Below are positions 23,059-34,732 of a stretch of 64,000 bases of DNA, piece by piece. Made by a program: the position numbers and the translations under genes. A model generated the notes under the pieces. It saw nothing but the letters and a program-made list of their open reading frames with translations, searched no databases and was not told where the DNA came from. Source of the DNA: Auanema rhodensis. Taxonomy: Eukaryota > Animalia > Nematoda. Positions within the stretch are counted from its first letter, which is position 1. Each line of letters begins with the position of its first letter. The stretch is from the NCBI GenBank assembly GCA_964057225.1, contig OZ059894.1:11160001-11224000 (forward strand), written 5' to 3'.

Positions 23059-23063
23059 CACAT
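20106..23063 (-). CDS. N-terminally truncated RT-endonuclease ORF
   Basis: The track start (23132) lies upstream of U2 +1. The first ATG within a U2-initiated transcript is created at the junction (MWTTPP). Confidence 0.7.
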   Translation of the reverse strand: MWTTPPVEERTMEETSSSGQEQGSPSTVRLFEAPILDLSPEAEVSPLPRESEIFNEIRVPSTEPSFADPDPNRNSENIWVDRIKKVVCKSELEQVLEELVDTIRKSLDIMIKVPNFRQRRRPHTQPEEDQKTQAMKIQKLWRANKKKAFRQLLGEQSETCTIPSADVEKHFLSVHSSQGPALPITVTRPDLPTSTDPLEGVFTPLEVWERIRRCSDTAPGADGLRYSHWKKFDQGGHILAAIFNTVHKLGHIPFSWKESTTVLIHKKGDKADINNWRPIALSCTIGKTYSACLTHRLLTWARAEKRLSPSQKGFVAKAGCMEHNFLLQSTIADAKRKREKIAIAWLDLANAFGSLPHETLLDVLRWSGMAEASISRVRALYTDASTRIQTGSGLTSTIPVHAGVLQGSPLSPILFNLAIEPLIKTILETSTGYKLHNHNIAVLAYADDLALVSSSSEDLQKMLDAASNAANFTGLTFKPAKCATLTIDKGKISTASYMLQSCFLPALSKFDSYSHLGIPTGMHLHKSAVPTVNIMSQHLEKIDKSLLAEWQKADAVRTFLMPCLNFHMTNGHVPKSKLVAFDKELKRCARRWMHYPPNASAEPIYLPTNYGGLGLSRLQHLSDVCEVTHAYQLLKSSDLVVADIAHQDSIKVASKRIKRQASNDETAAYYNGSVDGIFDTETSDVSSIWTRVRVAMRQLKKLINANWTCLESGLELNLNNQLLTPSLCHRSLRRALWLKDLRILLQKPDQGKVFDVTMLNKASNHFMAKGDFIRFADWRFIHKARLNTLQLNGCRRHGEGNKQCRRCSYPNETAAHVLGHCHFHTRAIQLRHNNIVDRLIKALPEPKNGEVYTNQPLPGINSTLRPDIVVVDHDAKHCSIVDVTVSYENRRQAMIAARMIKERKYADIASQYQCLGYKTSVEAYVVGMLGTMDPLNVQALRSLKISSHYNRLMEKLVVADTIKWARNIYVEHVSGVRQYEEEIIH

Positions 23064-23543
23064 ACTACACTTTGATCTTAGCCAAAAGGCCGAGAAGCGA
23101 TACAGCATAGCCATGAGTATCAAAGACATCAAGCAAATGTATCGTACTTGTTACGAGTGCACTCTCTCATTTGAATATAAAAGTGTGGTTTGACAATCTT
23201 GACTGTACAGGTCATAAATGGCTCATATAAACTGTGGATTTACTCAACTTTTGGACTTATTTTTTTCTTATTCGAAGCGCTGCACTTTTTTCTATTCTTT
23301 TTATTCAAATACTTGTATATAGTTTTATATGTACGGTTGCAAAGTTTCCGAATATTTTATATATTTTTATACAATAATTAGGAGAAGGTTAATACAATGA
23401 AATCTCCCAACTTTACAGTGTTTGTATTGCTTACAGTATCTAGAACAACCACTCTTGTAATATTAGAGCACATATCAATCAACAACTTTTTCTAGTTATC
23501 AAAGCTTTTTTATTTCTTCAAGATATTTCAAATAAAATATAAA

Positions 23544-23662
23544 AGCTTACGACACCCGGGATTCCCAAGCCGTCTCCGATCCAAGTACTAACCGGGCCCA
23601 ACGTTGCTTGACTTGCCAGATCGGACGGAATGGCGTACTTTCAACGTGGTATGGTCGTAAGC
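23544..23662 (-). rRNA. 5S rRNA (one substitution)
   Basis: CCATTCCG instead of CCATCCCG. Confidence 0.95.
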
Positions 23663-23804
23663 AATGTCATATTCTTCATTATCAGTTATATCACTCTAAA
23701 TCTTGTTGTTAATAGATACGACCACAAAGAAAACAACAGGAACAGTAACAATAACAAAAAAAATTTTTTTTTCACCTATGTGTCTAAAGGTTAGCCATGT
23801 ATCC

Positions 23805-23862
<58 letters not shown>

Positions 23863-25051
23863 ACAGTAAAAAGTCCAATCAAGAGAGAAATTTTTTCAAC
23901 ACATAGTTTTTTTTTTTTTAAATATCATTGTTTTTCCTCATAACTCGGTTTAAACTCGTTCTAACCCGTTGAAATACGTCTAGAAAGTCTTTATAACATG
24001 CATATGTATGATAGAACTTCATATTTATTGTAATAGAAAATTTTATTTTCAGACGTCTTGGTTAACAATGATATGTTTTACCCCCTTATAATTTTTATCA
24101 TAATGTTCCTTATACGGAACGCTCAATGAAACTTGCTTCCAGAAAAATTTCTTTCTATTTTTTTTTCATATGTACGTACTACGTAGATACTATAGAGAAC
24201 TATGATAGAAAACTTTAACATTCACGAAATCATCATTTCTCATTACGCTACGGAGGTTTAAAAAGCTGTGTTTTACCTTATAATAGACCGGAAAACCCTT
24301 GTGTTAAAACTGGACCGTTTTTACACATATAAAAATGTCCCGTATTCGGGACCCTAATGTAACTTTTGATTCCCTATATTTTTTTTCATGAAATTTACAA
24401 TCTACTGTAGAAAGAAGAATTATTTTTATAAAAACTGTAAATTTTTGAAAAATGAAAACAAAACGAAAACAAAAACAACTTTTTTTTGAACATTTTCTCA
24501 CACAAGGGTCCCCCCTTACCTACTTTTTTTCTCATTACTCGTTTCAACCTCATCCGATCACTCTGCAAACATGTTTAATCGTTCTAACTTGTTGAAATAC
24601 GTCTTAAAAGTCTAAACAACATGCATATGCATAATAGAAACCACCCGAATAGGCCCCCACGCACTAAACGAGATATATACATTACCAGTATAGTAATAGA
24701 ACACATATTGAAGATTAATTCGATAAGAACAATTTATTGACGTAGAGAATGTTTGTTCCGAAAAACTACAATATTAAACTATAAAAGTAACAAAAGCGTA
24801 GAGGCAGCAAAGACATGAATAAACATAAATGTAAATACAGAATTACCAGGTAGTACATAAGTATGACAAAAAATTATAAGAAAGCCATGAAAATAGAAGG
24901 TTTGTGAACAAATGAGAGGTACATCTTTGATCGTATAGTCATTTCTAAACCGTTCGTATGCTGCAGCATCGTCATAAGCGTCACTCAAGTTGAATTTCCA
25001 TGTGTACTACACGATTTTCATTCTTATTGTTACATTCTTTCCCTGAGGGAA

Positions 25052-25235
25052 TGGGCCGTTCCCGCCAGCAGTGCAAGAGCGGGTCGACCCGTGAGGTGGA
25101 GCTAGCAAGCCAGCATCTACCTCAAGTCTCAAAAATCGGTTAACCTTATTGTGAACCAATGGAACACATATCGAAGGTTAATTCGATAAGAACGATTACT
25201 ACACTTTGATCTTAGCCAAAAGGCCGAGAAGCGAT
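25052..25235 (-). ncRNA. U2: U2 snRNA, intact
   Basis: Same as 8629-8812. Confidence 0.97.
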
Positions 25236-25677
25236 ACAGCATAGCCATGAGTATCAAAGACATCAAGCAAATGTATCGTACTTGTTACGAGTGCACTCTC
25301 TCATTTGAATATAAAAGTGTGGTTTGACAATCTTGACTGTACAGGTCATAAATGGCTCATATAAACTGTGGATTTACTCAACTTTTGGACTTATTTTTTT
25401 CTTATTCGAAGCGCTGCACTTTTTTCTATTCTTTTTATTCAAATACTTGTATATAGTTTTATATGTACGGTTGCAAAGTTTCCGAATATTTTATATATTT
25501 TTATACAATAATTAGGAGAAGGTTAATACAATGAAATCTCCCAACTTTACAGTGTTTGTATTGCTTACAGTATCTAGAACAACCACTCTTGTAATATTAG
25601 AGCACATATCAATCAACAACTTTTTCTAGTTATCAAAGCTTTTTTATTTCTTCAAGATATTTCAAATAAAATATAAA

Positions 25678-25796
25678 AGCTTACGACACCCGGGATTCCC
25701 AAGCCGTCTCCGATCCAAGTACTAACCGGGCCCAACGTTGCTTGACTTGCCAGATCGGACGGGATGGCGTACTTTCAACGTGGTATGGTCGTAAGC
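25678..25796 (-). rRNA. 5S rRNA
   Basis: Same sequence as the first copy. Confidence 0.97.
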
Positions 25797-25938
25797 AATG
25801 TCATATTCTTCATTATCAGTTATATCACTCTAAATCTTGTTGTTAATAGATACGACCACAAAGAAAACAACAGGAACAGTAACAATAACAAAAAAAATTT
25901 TTTTTTCACCTATGTGTCTAAAGGTTAGCCATGTATCC

Positions 25939-26000
<62 letters not shown>

Positions 26001-27189
26001 ACAGTAAAAAGTCCAATCAAGAGAGAAATTTTTTCAACACATAGTTTTTTTTTTTTTAAATATCATTGTTTTTCCTCATAACTCGGTTTAAACTCGTTCT
26101 AACCCGTTGAAATACGTCTAGAAAGTCTTTATAACATGCATATGTATGATAGAACTTCATATTTATTGTAATAGAAAATTTTATTTTCAGACGTCTTGGT
26201 TAACAATGATATGTTTTACCCCCTTATAATTTTTATCATAATGTTCCTTATACGGAACGCTCAATGAAACTTGCTTCCAGAAAAATTTCTTTCTATTTTT
26301 TTTTCATATGTACGTACTACGTAGATACTATAGAGAACTATGATAGAAAACTTTAACATTCACGAAATCATCATTTCTCATTACGCTACGGAGGTTTAAA
26401 AAGCTGTGTTTTACCTTATAATAGACCGGAAAACCCTTGTGTTAAAACTGGACCGTTTTTACACATATAAAAATGTCCCGTATTCGGGACCCTAATGTAA
26501 CTTTTGATTCCCTATATTTTTTTTCATGAAATTTACAATCTACTGTAGAAAGAAGAATTATTTTTATAAAAACTGTAAATTTTTGAAAAATGAAAACAAA
26601 ACGAAAACAAAAACAACTTTTTTTTGAACATTTTCTCACACAAGGGTCCCCCCTTACCTACTTTTTTTCTCATTACTCGTTTCAACCTCATCCGATCACT
26701 CTGCAAACATGTTTAATCGTTCTAACTTGTTGAAATACGTCTTAAAAGTCTAAACAACATGCATATGCATAATAGAAACCACCCGAATAGGCCCCCACGC
26801 ACTAAACGAGATATATACATTACCAGTATAGTAATAGAACACATATTGAAGATTAATTCGATAAGAACAATTTATTGACGTAGAGAATGTTTGTTCCGAA
26901 AAACTACAATATTAAACTATAAAAGTAACAAAAGCGTAGAGGCAGCAAAGACATGAATAAACATAAATGTAAATACAGAATTACCAGGTAGTACATAAGT
27001 ATGACAAAAAATTATAAGAAAGCCATGAAAATAGAAGGTTTGTGAACAAATGAGAGGTACATCTTTGATCGTATAGTCATTTCTAAACCGTTCGTATGCT
27101 GCAGCATCGTCATAAGCGTCACTCAAGTTGAATTTCCATGTGTACTACACGATTTTCATTCTTATTGTTACATTCTTTCCCTGAGGGAA

Positions 27190-27373
27190 TGGGCCGTTCC
27201 CGCCAGCAGTGCAAGAGCGGGTCGACCCGTGAGGTGGAGCTAGCAAGCCAGCATCTACCTCAAGTCTCAAAAATCGGTTAACCTTATTGTGAACCAATGG
27301 AACACATATCGAAGGTTAATTCGATAAGAACGATTACTACACTTTGATCTTAGCCAAAAGGCCGAGAAGCGAT
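27190..27373 (-). ncRNA. U2: U2 snRNA, intact
   Basis: Same as 8629-8812. Confidence 0.97.
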
Positions 27374-27815
27374 ACAGCATAGCCATGAGTATCAAAGACA
27401 TCAAGCAAATGTATCGTACTTGTTACGAGTGCACTCTCTCATTTGAATATAAAAGTGTGGTTTGACAATCTTGACTGTACAGGTCATAAATGGCTCATAT
27501 AAACTGTGGATTTACTCAACTTTTGGACTTATTTTTTTCTTATTCGAAGCGCTGCACTTTTTTCTATTCTTTTTATTCAAATACTTGTATATAGTTTTAT
27601 ATGTACGGTTGCAAAGTTTCCGAATATTTTATATATTTTTATACAATAATTAGGAGAAGGTTAATACAATGAAATCTCCCAACTTTACAGTGTTTGTATT
27701 GCTTACAGTATCTAGAACAACCACTCTTGTAATATTAGAGCACATATCAATCAACAACTTTTTCTAGTTATCAAAGCTTTTTTATTTCTTCAAGATATTT
27801 CAAATAAAATATAAA

Positions 27816-27934
27816 AGCTTACGACACCCGGGATTCCCAAGCCGTCTCCGATCCAAGTACTAACCGGGCCCAACGTTGCTTGACTTGCCAGATCGGACGG
27901 GATGGCGTACTTTCAACGTGGTATGGTCGTAAGC
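27816..27934 (-). rRNA. 5S rRNA
   Basis: Same sequence as the first copy. Confidence 0.97.
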
Positions 27935-28175
27935 AATGTCATATTCTTCATTATCAGTTATATCACTCTAAATCTTGTTGTTAATAGATACGACCACAAA
28001 GAAAACAACAGGAACAGTAACAAATGAAATGCCCAAACTTTACAGTGTTCGAGTTATTTACAGTATCTAAGACTACCTCTGTCGTGTTATTAGAGCAAAC
28101 ATTCGATTAACAACAACTTTTTTTTAGTTATCAAAGCTTTTTTATTTCTTCAAAAAATTTCAAATAAAATATAAA

Positions 28176-28294
28176 AGCTTACGACACCCGGGATTCCCAA
28201 GCCGTCTCCGATCCAAGTACTAACCGGGCCCAACGTTGCTTGACTTGCCAGATCGGACGGGATGGCGTACTTTCAACGTGGTATGGTCGTAAGC
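28176..28294 (-). rRNA. 5S rRNA
   Basis: Same sequence as the first copy. Confidence 0.97.
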
Positions 28295-28436
28295 AATGTC
28301 ATATTCTTCATTATCAGTTATATCACTCTAAATCTTGTTGTTAATAGATACGACCACAAAGAAAACAACAGGAACAGTAACAATAACAAAAAAAATTTTT
28401 TTTTCACCTATGTGTCTAAAGGTTAGCCATGTATCC

Positions 28437-28470
<34 letters not shown>

Positions 28471-29652
28471 ACAGTAAAAAGTCCAATCAAGAGAGAAATT
28501 TTTTCAACACATAGTTGTTTATTTTTTAAATATCATTGTTTTTCCTCATAACTCGGTTTAAACTCGTTCTAACCCGTTGAAATACGTCTAGAAAGTCTTT
28601 ATAACATGCATATGTATGATAGAACTTCATATTTATTGTAATAGAAAATTTTATTTTCAGACGTCTTGGTTAACAATGATATGTTTTACCCCCTTATAAT
28701 TTTTATCATAATGTTCCTTATACGGAACGCTCAATGAAACTTGCTTCCAGAAAAATTTCTTTCTATTTTTTCTTCATATGTACGTAGATACTATAGAGAA
28801 CTATGATAGAAAACTTTAACATTCACGAAATCATCATTTCTCATTACGCTACGGAGGTTTAAAAAGCTGTGTTTTACCTTATAATAGACCGGAAAACCCT
28901 TGTGTTAAAACTGGACCGTTTTTACACATATAAAAATGTCCCGTATTCGGGACCCTAATGTAACTTTTGATTCCCTATATTTTTTTTCATGAAATTTACA
29001 ATCTACTGTAGAAAGAAGAATTATTTTTATAAAAACTGTAAATTTTTGAAAAATGAAAACAAAACGAAAACAAAAACAACTTTTTTTTGAACATTTTCTC
29101 ACACAAGGGTCCCCCCTTACCTACTTTTTTTCTCATTACTCGTTTCAACCTCATCCGATCACTCTGCAAACATGTTTAATCGTTCTAACTTGTTGAAATA
29201 CGTCTTAAAAGTCTAAACAACATGCATATGCATAATAGAAACCACCCGAATAGGCCCCCACGCACTAAACGAGATATATACATTACCAGTATAGTAATAG
29301 AACACATATTGAAGATTAATTCGATAAGAACAATTTATTGACGTAGAGAATGTTTGTTCCGAAAAACTACAATATTAAACTATAAAAGTAACAAAAGCGT
29401 AGAGGCAGCAAAGACATGAATAAACATAAATGTAAATACAGAATTACCAGGTAGTACATAAGTATGACAAAAAATTATAAGAAAGCCATGAAAATAGAAG
29501 GTTTGTGAACAAATGAGAGGTACATCTTTGATCGTATAGTCATTTCTAAACCGTTCGTATGCTGCAGCATCGTCATAAGCGTCACTCAAGTTGAATTTCC
29601 ATGTGTACTACACGATTTTCATTCTTATTGTTACATTCTTTCCCTGAGGGAA

Positions 29653-30742
29653 TGGGCCGTTCCCGCCAGCAGTGCAAGAGCGGGTCGACCCGTGAGGTGG
29701 AGCTAGCAAGCCAGCATCTACCTCAAGTCTCAAAAATCGGTTAACCTTATTGTGAACCAATGGAACACATATCGAAGGTTAATTCGATAAGAACGATTTA
29801 TTGAAGTAGGAAATGTTTTGCCCCGTAGGACTACAAGTAAATATTATCTAGCACAAGGCTATTAGAGAATGATAAGATACTACCTGCACTAAGTGCGTCG
29901 CATCGTAAAGGGAAAAAAAATTAAACAATGGGAGTTTAACAGCATGAAATTGAGAGAAAAGACATATCCGAGTGTGAATAAAATTACGGGTGAACGGAAC
30001 ATGGAGTACGAGAGACATACAAAACGAGACTAAGTGAAAAGAAAAAGTCTTGTATCACGTTCATGAAGGTTCGACGGATCCGGTAAGAAGCTGCGGGTTC
30101 AGAAGGTCAGCTTTCATCTCGTAGTCGTGGCGCATCAGGAATTTGTGAAGCTTTCCGGCTTTGCAGACGGCTGTATTGGTCCTCGTAGGATGGTGGAAGA
30201 TGTTGTCGCTTAGTGATGTTACACATAAAGATATGCAAAAATAGAACAATTCAAAGAAAAAGAGCACAATTAAAACGAGATTTGGAGAGAAGAGAAGTCT
30301 TATATCACTTTCGATGGTTCGGAAGCTCCAGTCTGCTGCTGCGGTTTAGGGGGTGCAACTGGCATGTCGGAGGCGTAGCACATCATAGGTCAAGCTTGCT
30401 GGACTCCCGGCTCGGCTGGTGGCTGTGAGTTTTCCTTGTGCTTGTTCTCGGTGGTGGTCCCTGGGCTGTCTCTTCACCAAAAATTACTATACTAATTGCA
30501 CATTTCATTTAAACGACCCATTTCAGAAGCTTTAAGAGGAAAAGCTACAATTAGCATAGGACCGCCTCAAGGCCTGGTGGATCATTCAATTTAGTTTCAA
30601 TCGCCAAGTATAGCGGCCTGGGCCCTTGGGTCAATTCACTGAACCAGTGTAGTATCGATTGTTCAATGGAACACATATCGAAGGTTAATTCGATAAGAAC
30701 GATTACTACACTTTGATCTTAGCCAAAAGGCCGAGAAGCGAT
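29653..30742 (-). pseudogene. U2: U2 interrupted by non-autonomous element A (U2 39-end 29653-29798; U2 1-79 30664-30742)
   Basis: Junctions read directly. Confidence 0.92.
29799..30663 (-). mobile_element. Non-autonomous U2-specific element, family A (865 bp)
   Basis: Inserted at U2 nt 39, U2 39-79 present on both sides, no RT, 3' end AACATT..TTCAATAA like the autonomous element. Confidence 0.88.
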
Positions 30743-31184
30743 ACAGCATAGCCATGAGTATCAAAGACATCAAGCAAATGTATCGTACTTGTTACGAGTG
30801 CACTCTCTCATTTGAATATAAAAGTGTGGTTTGACAATCTTGACTGTACAGGTCATAAATGGCTCATATAAACTGTGGATTTACTCAACTTTTGGACTTA
30901 TTTTTTTCTTATTCGAAGCGCTGCACTTTTTTCTATTCTTTTTATTCAAATACTTGTATATAGTTTTATATGTACGGTTGCAAAGTTTCCGAATATTTTA
31001 TATATTTTTATACAATAATTAGGAGAAGGTTAATACAATGAAATCTCCCAACTTTACAGTGTTTGTATTGCTTACAGTATCTAGAACAACCACTCTTGTA
31101 ATATTAGAGCACATATCAATCAACAACTTTTTCTAGTTATCAAAGCTTTTTTATTTCTTCAAGATATTTCAAATAAAATATAAA

Positions 31185-31303
31185 AGCTTACGACACCCGG
31201 GATTCCCAAGCCGTCTCCGATCCAAGTACTAACCGGGCCCAACGTTGCTTGACTTGCCAGATCGGACGGGATGGCGTACTTTCAACGTGGTATGGTCGTA
31301 AGC
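31185..31303 (-). rRNA. 5S rRNA
   Basis: Same sequence as the first copy. Confidence 0.97.
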
Positions 31304-31544
31304 AATGTTATATTCTTCATTATCAGTTATATCACTCTAAATCTTGTTGTTAATAGTTAGGACCACAAAGAAAACAACAGGAACAGTAACAAATGAAATG
31401 CCCAAACTTTACAGTGTTCGAGTTATTTACAGTATCTAAGACTACCTCTGTCGTGTTATTAGAGCAAACATTCGATTAACAACAACTTTTTTTTAGTTAT
31501 CAAAGCTTTTTTATTTCTTCAAAAAATTTCAAATAAAATATAAA

Positions 31545-31663
31545 AGCTTACGACACCCGGGATTCCCAAGCCGTCTCCGATCCAAGTACTAACCGGGCCC
31601 AACGTTGCTTGACTTGCCAGATCGGACGGGATGGCGTACTTTCAACGTGGTATGGTCGTAAGC
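31545..31663 (-). rRNA. 5S rRNA
   Basis: Same sequence as the first copy. Confidence 0.97.
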
Positions 31664-31820
31664 AATGTCATATTCTTCATTATCAGTTATATCACTCTAA
31701 ATCTTGTTGTTAATAGATACGACCACAAAGAAAACAACAGGAACAGTAACAATAACAAAAAAAATTTTTTTTTCACCTATGTGTCTAAAGGTTAGCCATG
31801 TATCCGTTTATATATATATA

Positions 31821-33370
31821 CACTGTGGTGCAAAATATAGTAACCTCTTGAAAAAAATCTAAATTTTTTTAATATCAATATTTTTCTGAACAATGTTCAC
31901 AAATAAATAATAAACACTTCTACATGTGTCAAACCATAAATAAAGCAAGGTGTCAACGCATGTCATAAAAAAGATATATGAACAAAACCTTTTTTTCAGC
32001 GATCATTACTATCATCAAAAAAAACTTTAAAATAATTTTTTTTGCTTTCAACTTAATTTTTTGAATATTTTTGCTAATTCTTGAAATTTATTCAGGCTTT
32101 ACCTGAATAATGCCCGGAACCAGAGACTTGTCAGTTGCTGAGAAAGCTCAAATCCACGCCTTTTCTGTCGCGGGTTGGAGCCATCGAGCAATTGCCGAAA
32201 ATCTGGGCCGTGCACGAAGCACGGTGACCCGCTTCTTATCAGAAGGTAGCGTCAATTCAAGACGTTCAAATTGTGGTAGGAAGCCTGTTTTGAATGACAG
32301 GGATAAGAGGCGAATTATACGTTTAGCGTCTAATTCTACTAACAGTTGTAGTACTATTGCAGGCAAACTGCATTTAAACGTATCGAGATGGACGGTACGC
32401 AAGGTTCTGTCACAAGCGACAACCATAAAGAGAGCTAAAATGAGAAAAGCCCCGTTTTTGACCCCTGTTCATAAGAGAAATAGGGTCCTTTTTGCCGAAG
32501 AGAATGAGGAGCGAGAGTGGACAAAAGTAAACAGAAAATAAAAAACGTAGATTTTAATTTCTTTGTTCTAGGTGATATTTTCTGATGAAAAGAAGTTTAA
32601 CCTCGATGGTCCTGACGGAGTCCATCATTATTGGAGGGACCTTCGTAAGGAGCCGAGGTACTTCTCAAAACGTACCGCTGGAGGAGGTTCAGTTATGGTT
32701 TGGGCTGCATTTTCCTCAACGGGAAAGTTGCAGATCCAATTCACAACGAACACGCTAAACTCCGAGGACTATCAGGCTATCCTACAAGATAGTCTGATTC
32801 CTTATATCAACAATTATCCTGGTGAAAATTTGATTTTTCAACAAGATAATGCCCCCATCCATGCCAGTAGGTCCACAAAAACATGGCTGGATGAACATAA
32901 TATTAGTGTTTTGAAATGGCCTTCCAATTCCCCTGATCTAAACCCTATAGAAAATCTATGGGGTATTCTTGTTAAAAAGCTGTACGAAGATGGAAGACAG
33001 TATGAAAATACTAGACAACTTCGGACAGCGATTTTAAATGCATGGGACCTCTTATCAATTGAAACCTGTTCAAATTTGGCATCAAGCATGCCAAGACGTT
33101 TAGCTCAGGTAATTGAAAACAATGGAGGTCCTACTTCATATTAAAATTGTGTTTTTTAAATTTTTTGTTTAACTTCATTTTTGCCCAAAAGTTGTAAAAA
33201 AAATATTTTCACTTTTTCTCACATCCACATTGTTAATTAATATTCCTCTCAATAATAAAATGTTTGTTAATTTAAAAGCTTCTAAACAATACAAAAAGAT
33301 TTGGAACAAAACATCATTTGAAAAAAAAAAAAGTTAAAATAAAGAGGTTACAATATTTTGCACCACAGTA
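31821..33370 (+). mobile_element. Tc1/mariner (Tc3-like, DD34E) DNA transposon in the (TA)n tract
   Basis: About 29-bp TIRs (C/T)ACTGTGGTGCAAAATAT(A/T)GTAACCTCTT, with TA on both sides. Confidence 0.95.
32110..33144 (+). CDS. Tc3-like transposase, 329 aa, exons 32110-32526 and 32572-33144
   Basis: A 45-nt GT..AG intron joins WTK to VIFSDEKKFNLDGPDG. QQDNA and SPDLNPIEN give D-34-E spacing. N-terminal HTH region. Confidence 0.93.
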
Positions 33371-34732
33371 TATATATATATATATCTATATATATATATA
33401 TATCAACAGTAAAAAGTCCAATCAAGAGAGAAATTTTTTCAACACATAGTTGTTTTTTTTTTAAATATCATTGTTTTTCCTCATAACTCGGTTTAAACTC
33501 GTTCTAACCCGTTGAAATACGTCTAGAAAGTCTTTATAACATGCATATGTATGATAGAACTTCATATTTATTGTAATAGAAAATTTTATTTTCAGACGTC
33601 TTGGTTAACAATGATATGTTTTACCCCCTTATAATTTTTATCATAATGTTCCTTATACGGAACGCTCAATGAAACTTGCTTCCAGAAAAATTTCTTTCTA
33701 TTTTTTCTTCATATGTACGTAGATACTATAGAGAACTATGATAGAAAACTTTAACATTCACGAAATCATCATTTCTCATTACGCTACGGAGGTTTAAAAA
33801 GCTGTGTTTTACCTTATAATAGACCGGAAAACCCTTGTGTTAAAACTGGACCGTTTTTACACATATAAAAATGTCCCGTATTCGGGACCCTAATGTAACT
33901 TTTGATTCCCTATATTTTTTTTCATGAAATTTACAATCTACTGTAGAAAGAAGAATTATTTTTATAAAAACTGTAAATTTTTGAAAAATGAAAACAAAAC
34001 GAAAACAAAAACAACTTTTTTTTGAACATTTTCTCACACAAGGGTCCCCCCTTACCTACTTTTTTTCTCATTACTCGTTTCAACCTCATCCGATCACTCT
34101 GCAAACATGTTTAATCGTTCTAACTTGTTGAAATACGTCAAAAGTCTAAACAACATGCATATGCATAATAGAAACCACCCGAATAGGCCCCCACGCACTA
34201 AACGAGATATATACATTACCAGTATAGTAATAGAACACATATTGAAGATTAATTCGATAAGAACAATTTATTGACGTAGAGAATGTTTGTTCCGAAAAAC
34301 TACAATATTAAACTATAAAAGTAACAAAAGCGTAGAGGCAGCAAAGACATGAATAAACATAAATGTAAATACAGAATTACCAGGTAGTACATAAGTATGA
34401 CAAAAAATTATAAGAAAGCCATGAAAATAGAAGGTTTGTGAACAAATGAGAGGTACATCTTTGATCGTATAGTCATTTCTAAACCGTTCGTATGCTGCAG
34501 CATCGTCATAAGCGTCACTCAAGTTGAATTTCCATGTGTACTACACGATTTTCATTCTTATTGTTACATTCTTTCCCTGAGGGAATGGGCCGTTCCCGCC
34601 AGCAGTGCAAGAGCGGGTCGACCCGTGAGGTGGAGCTAGCAAGCCAGCATCTACCTCAAGTCTCAAAAATCGGTTAACCTTATTGTGAACCAATGGAACA
34701 CATATCGAAGGTTAATTCGATAAGAACGATTA

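Larger units (their letters stand above)
15777..23101 (-). pseudogene. U2: U2 interrupted by two tandem Utopia-like copies (U2 38-end 15777-15923; U2 38-96 19651-19709; U2 1-39 23063-23101)
   Basis: Junctions read directly. Confidence 0.92.

Noticed and set aside
23064-23132. N-terminal extension of the 1008-aa ORF
   Set aside because: Reads through U2 and its upstream flank, starting before the transcription start.
30061-30267. Faint resemblance of LHKFL to Harbinger-type transposase C-termini
   Set aside because: Too short, no catalytic residues, no TIRs.
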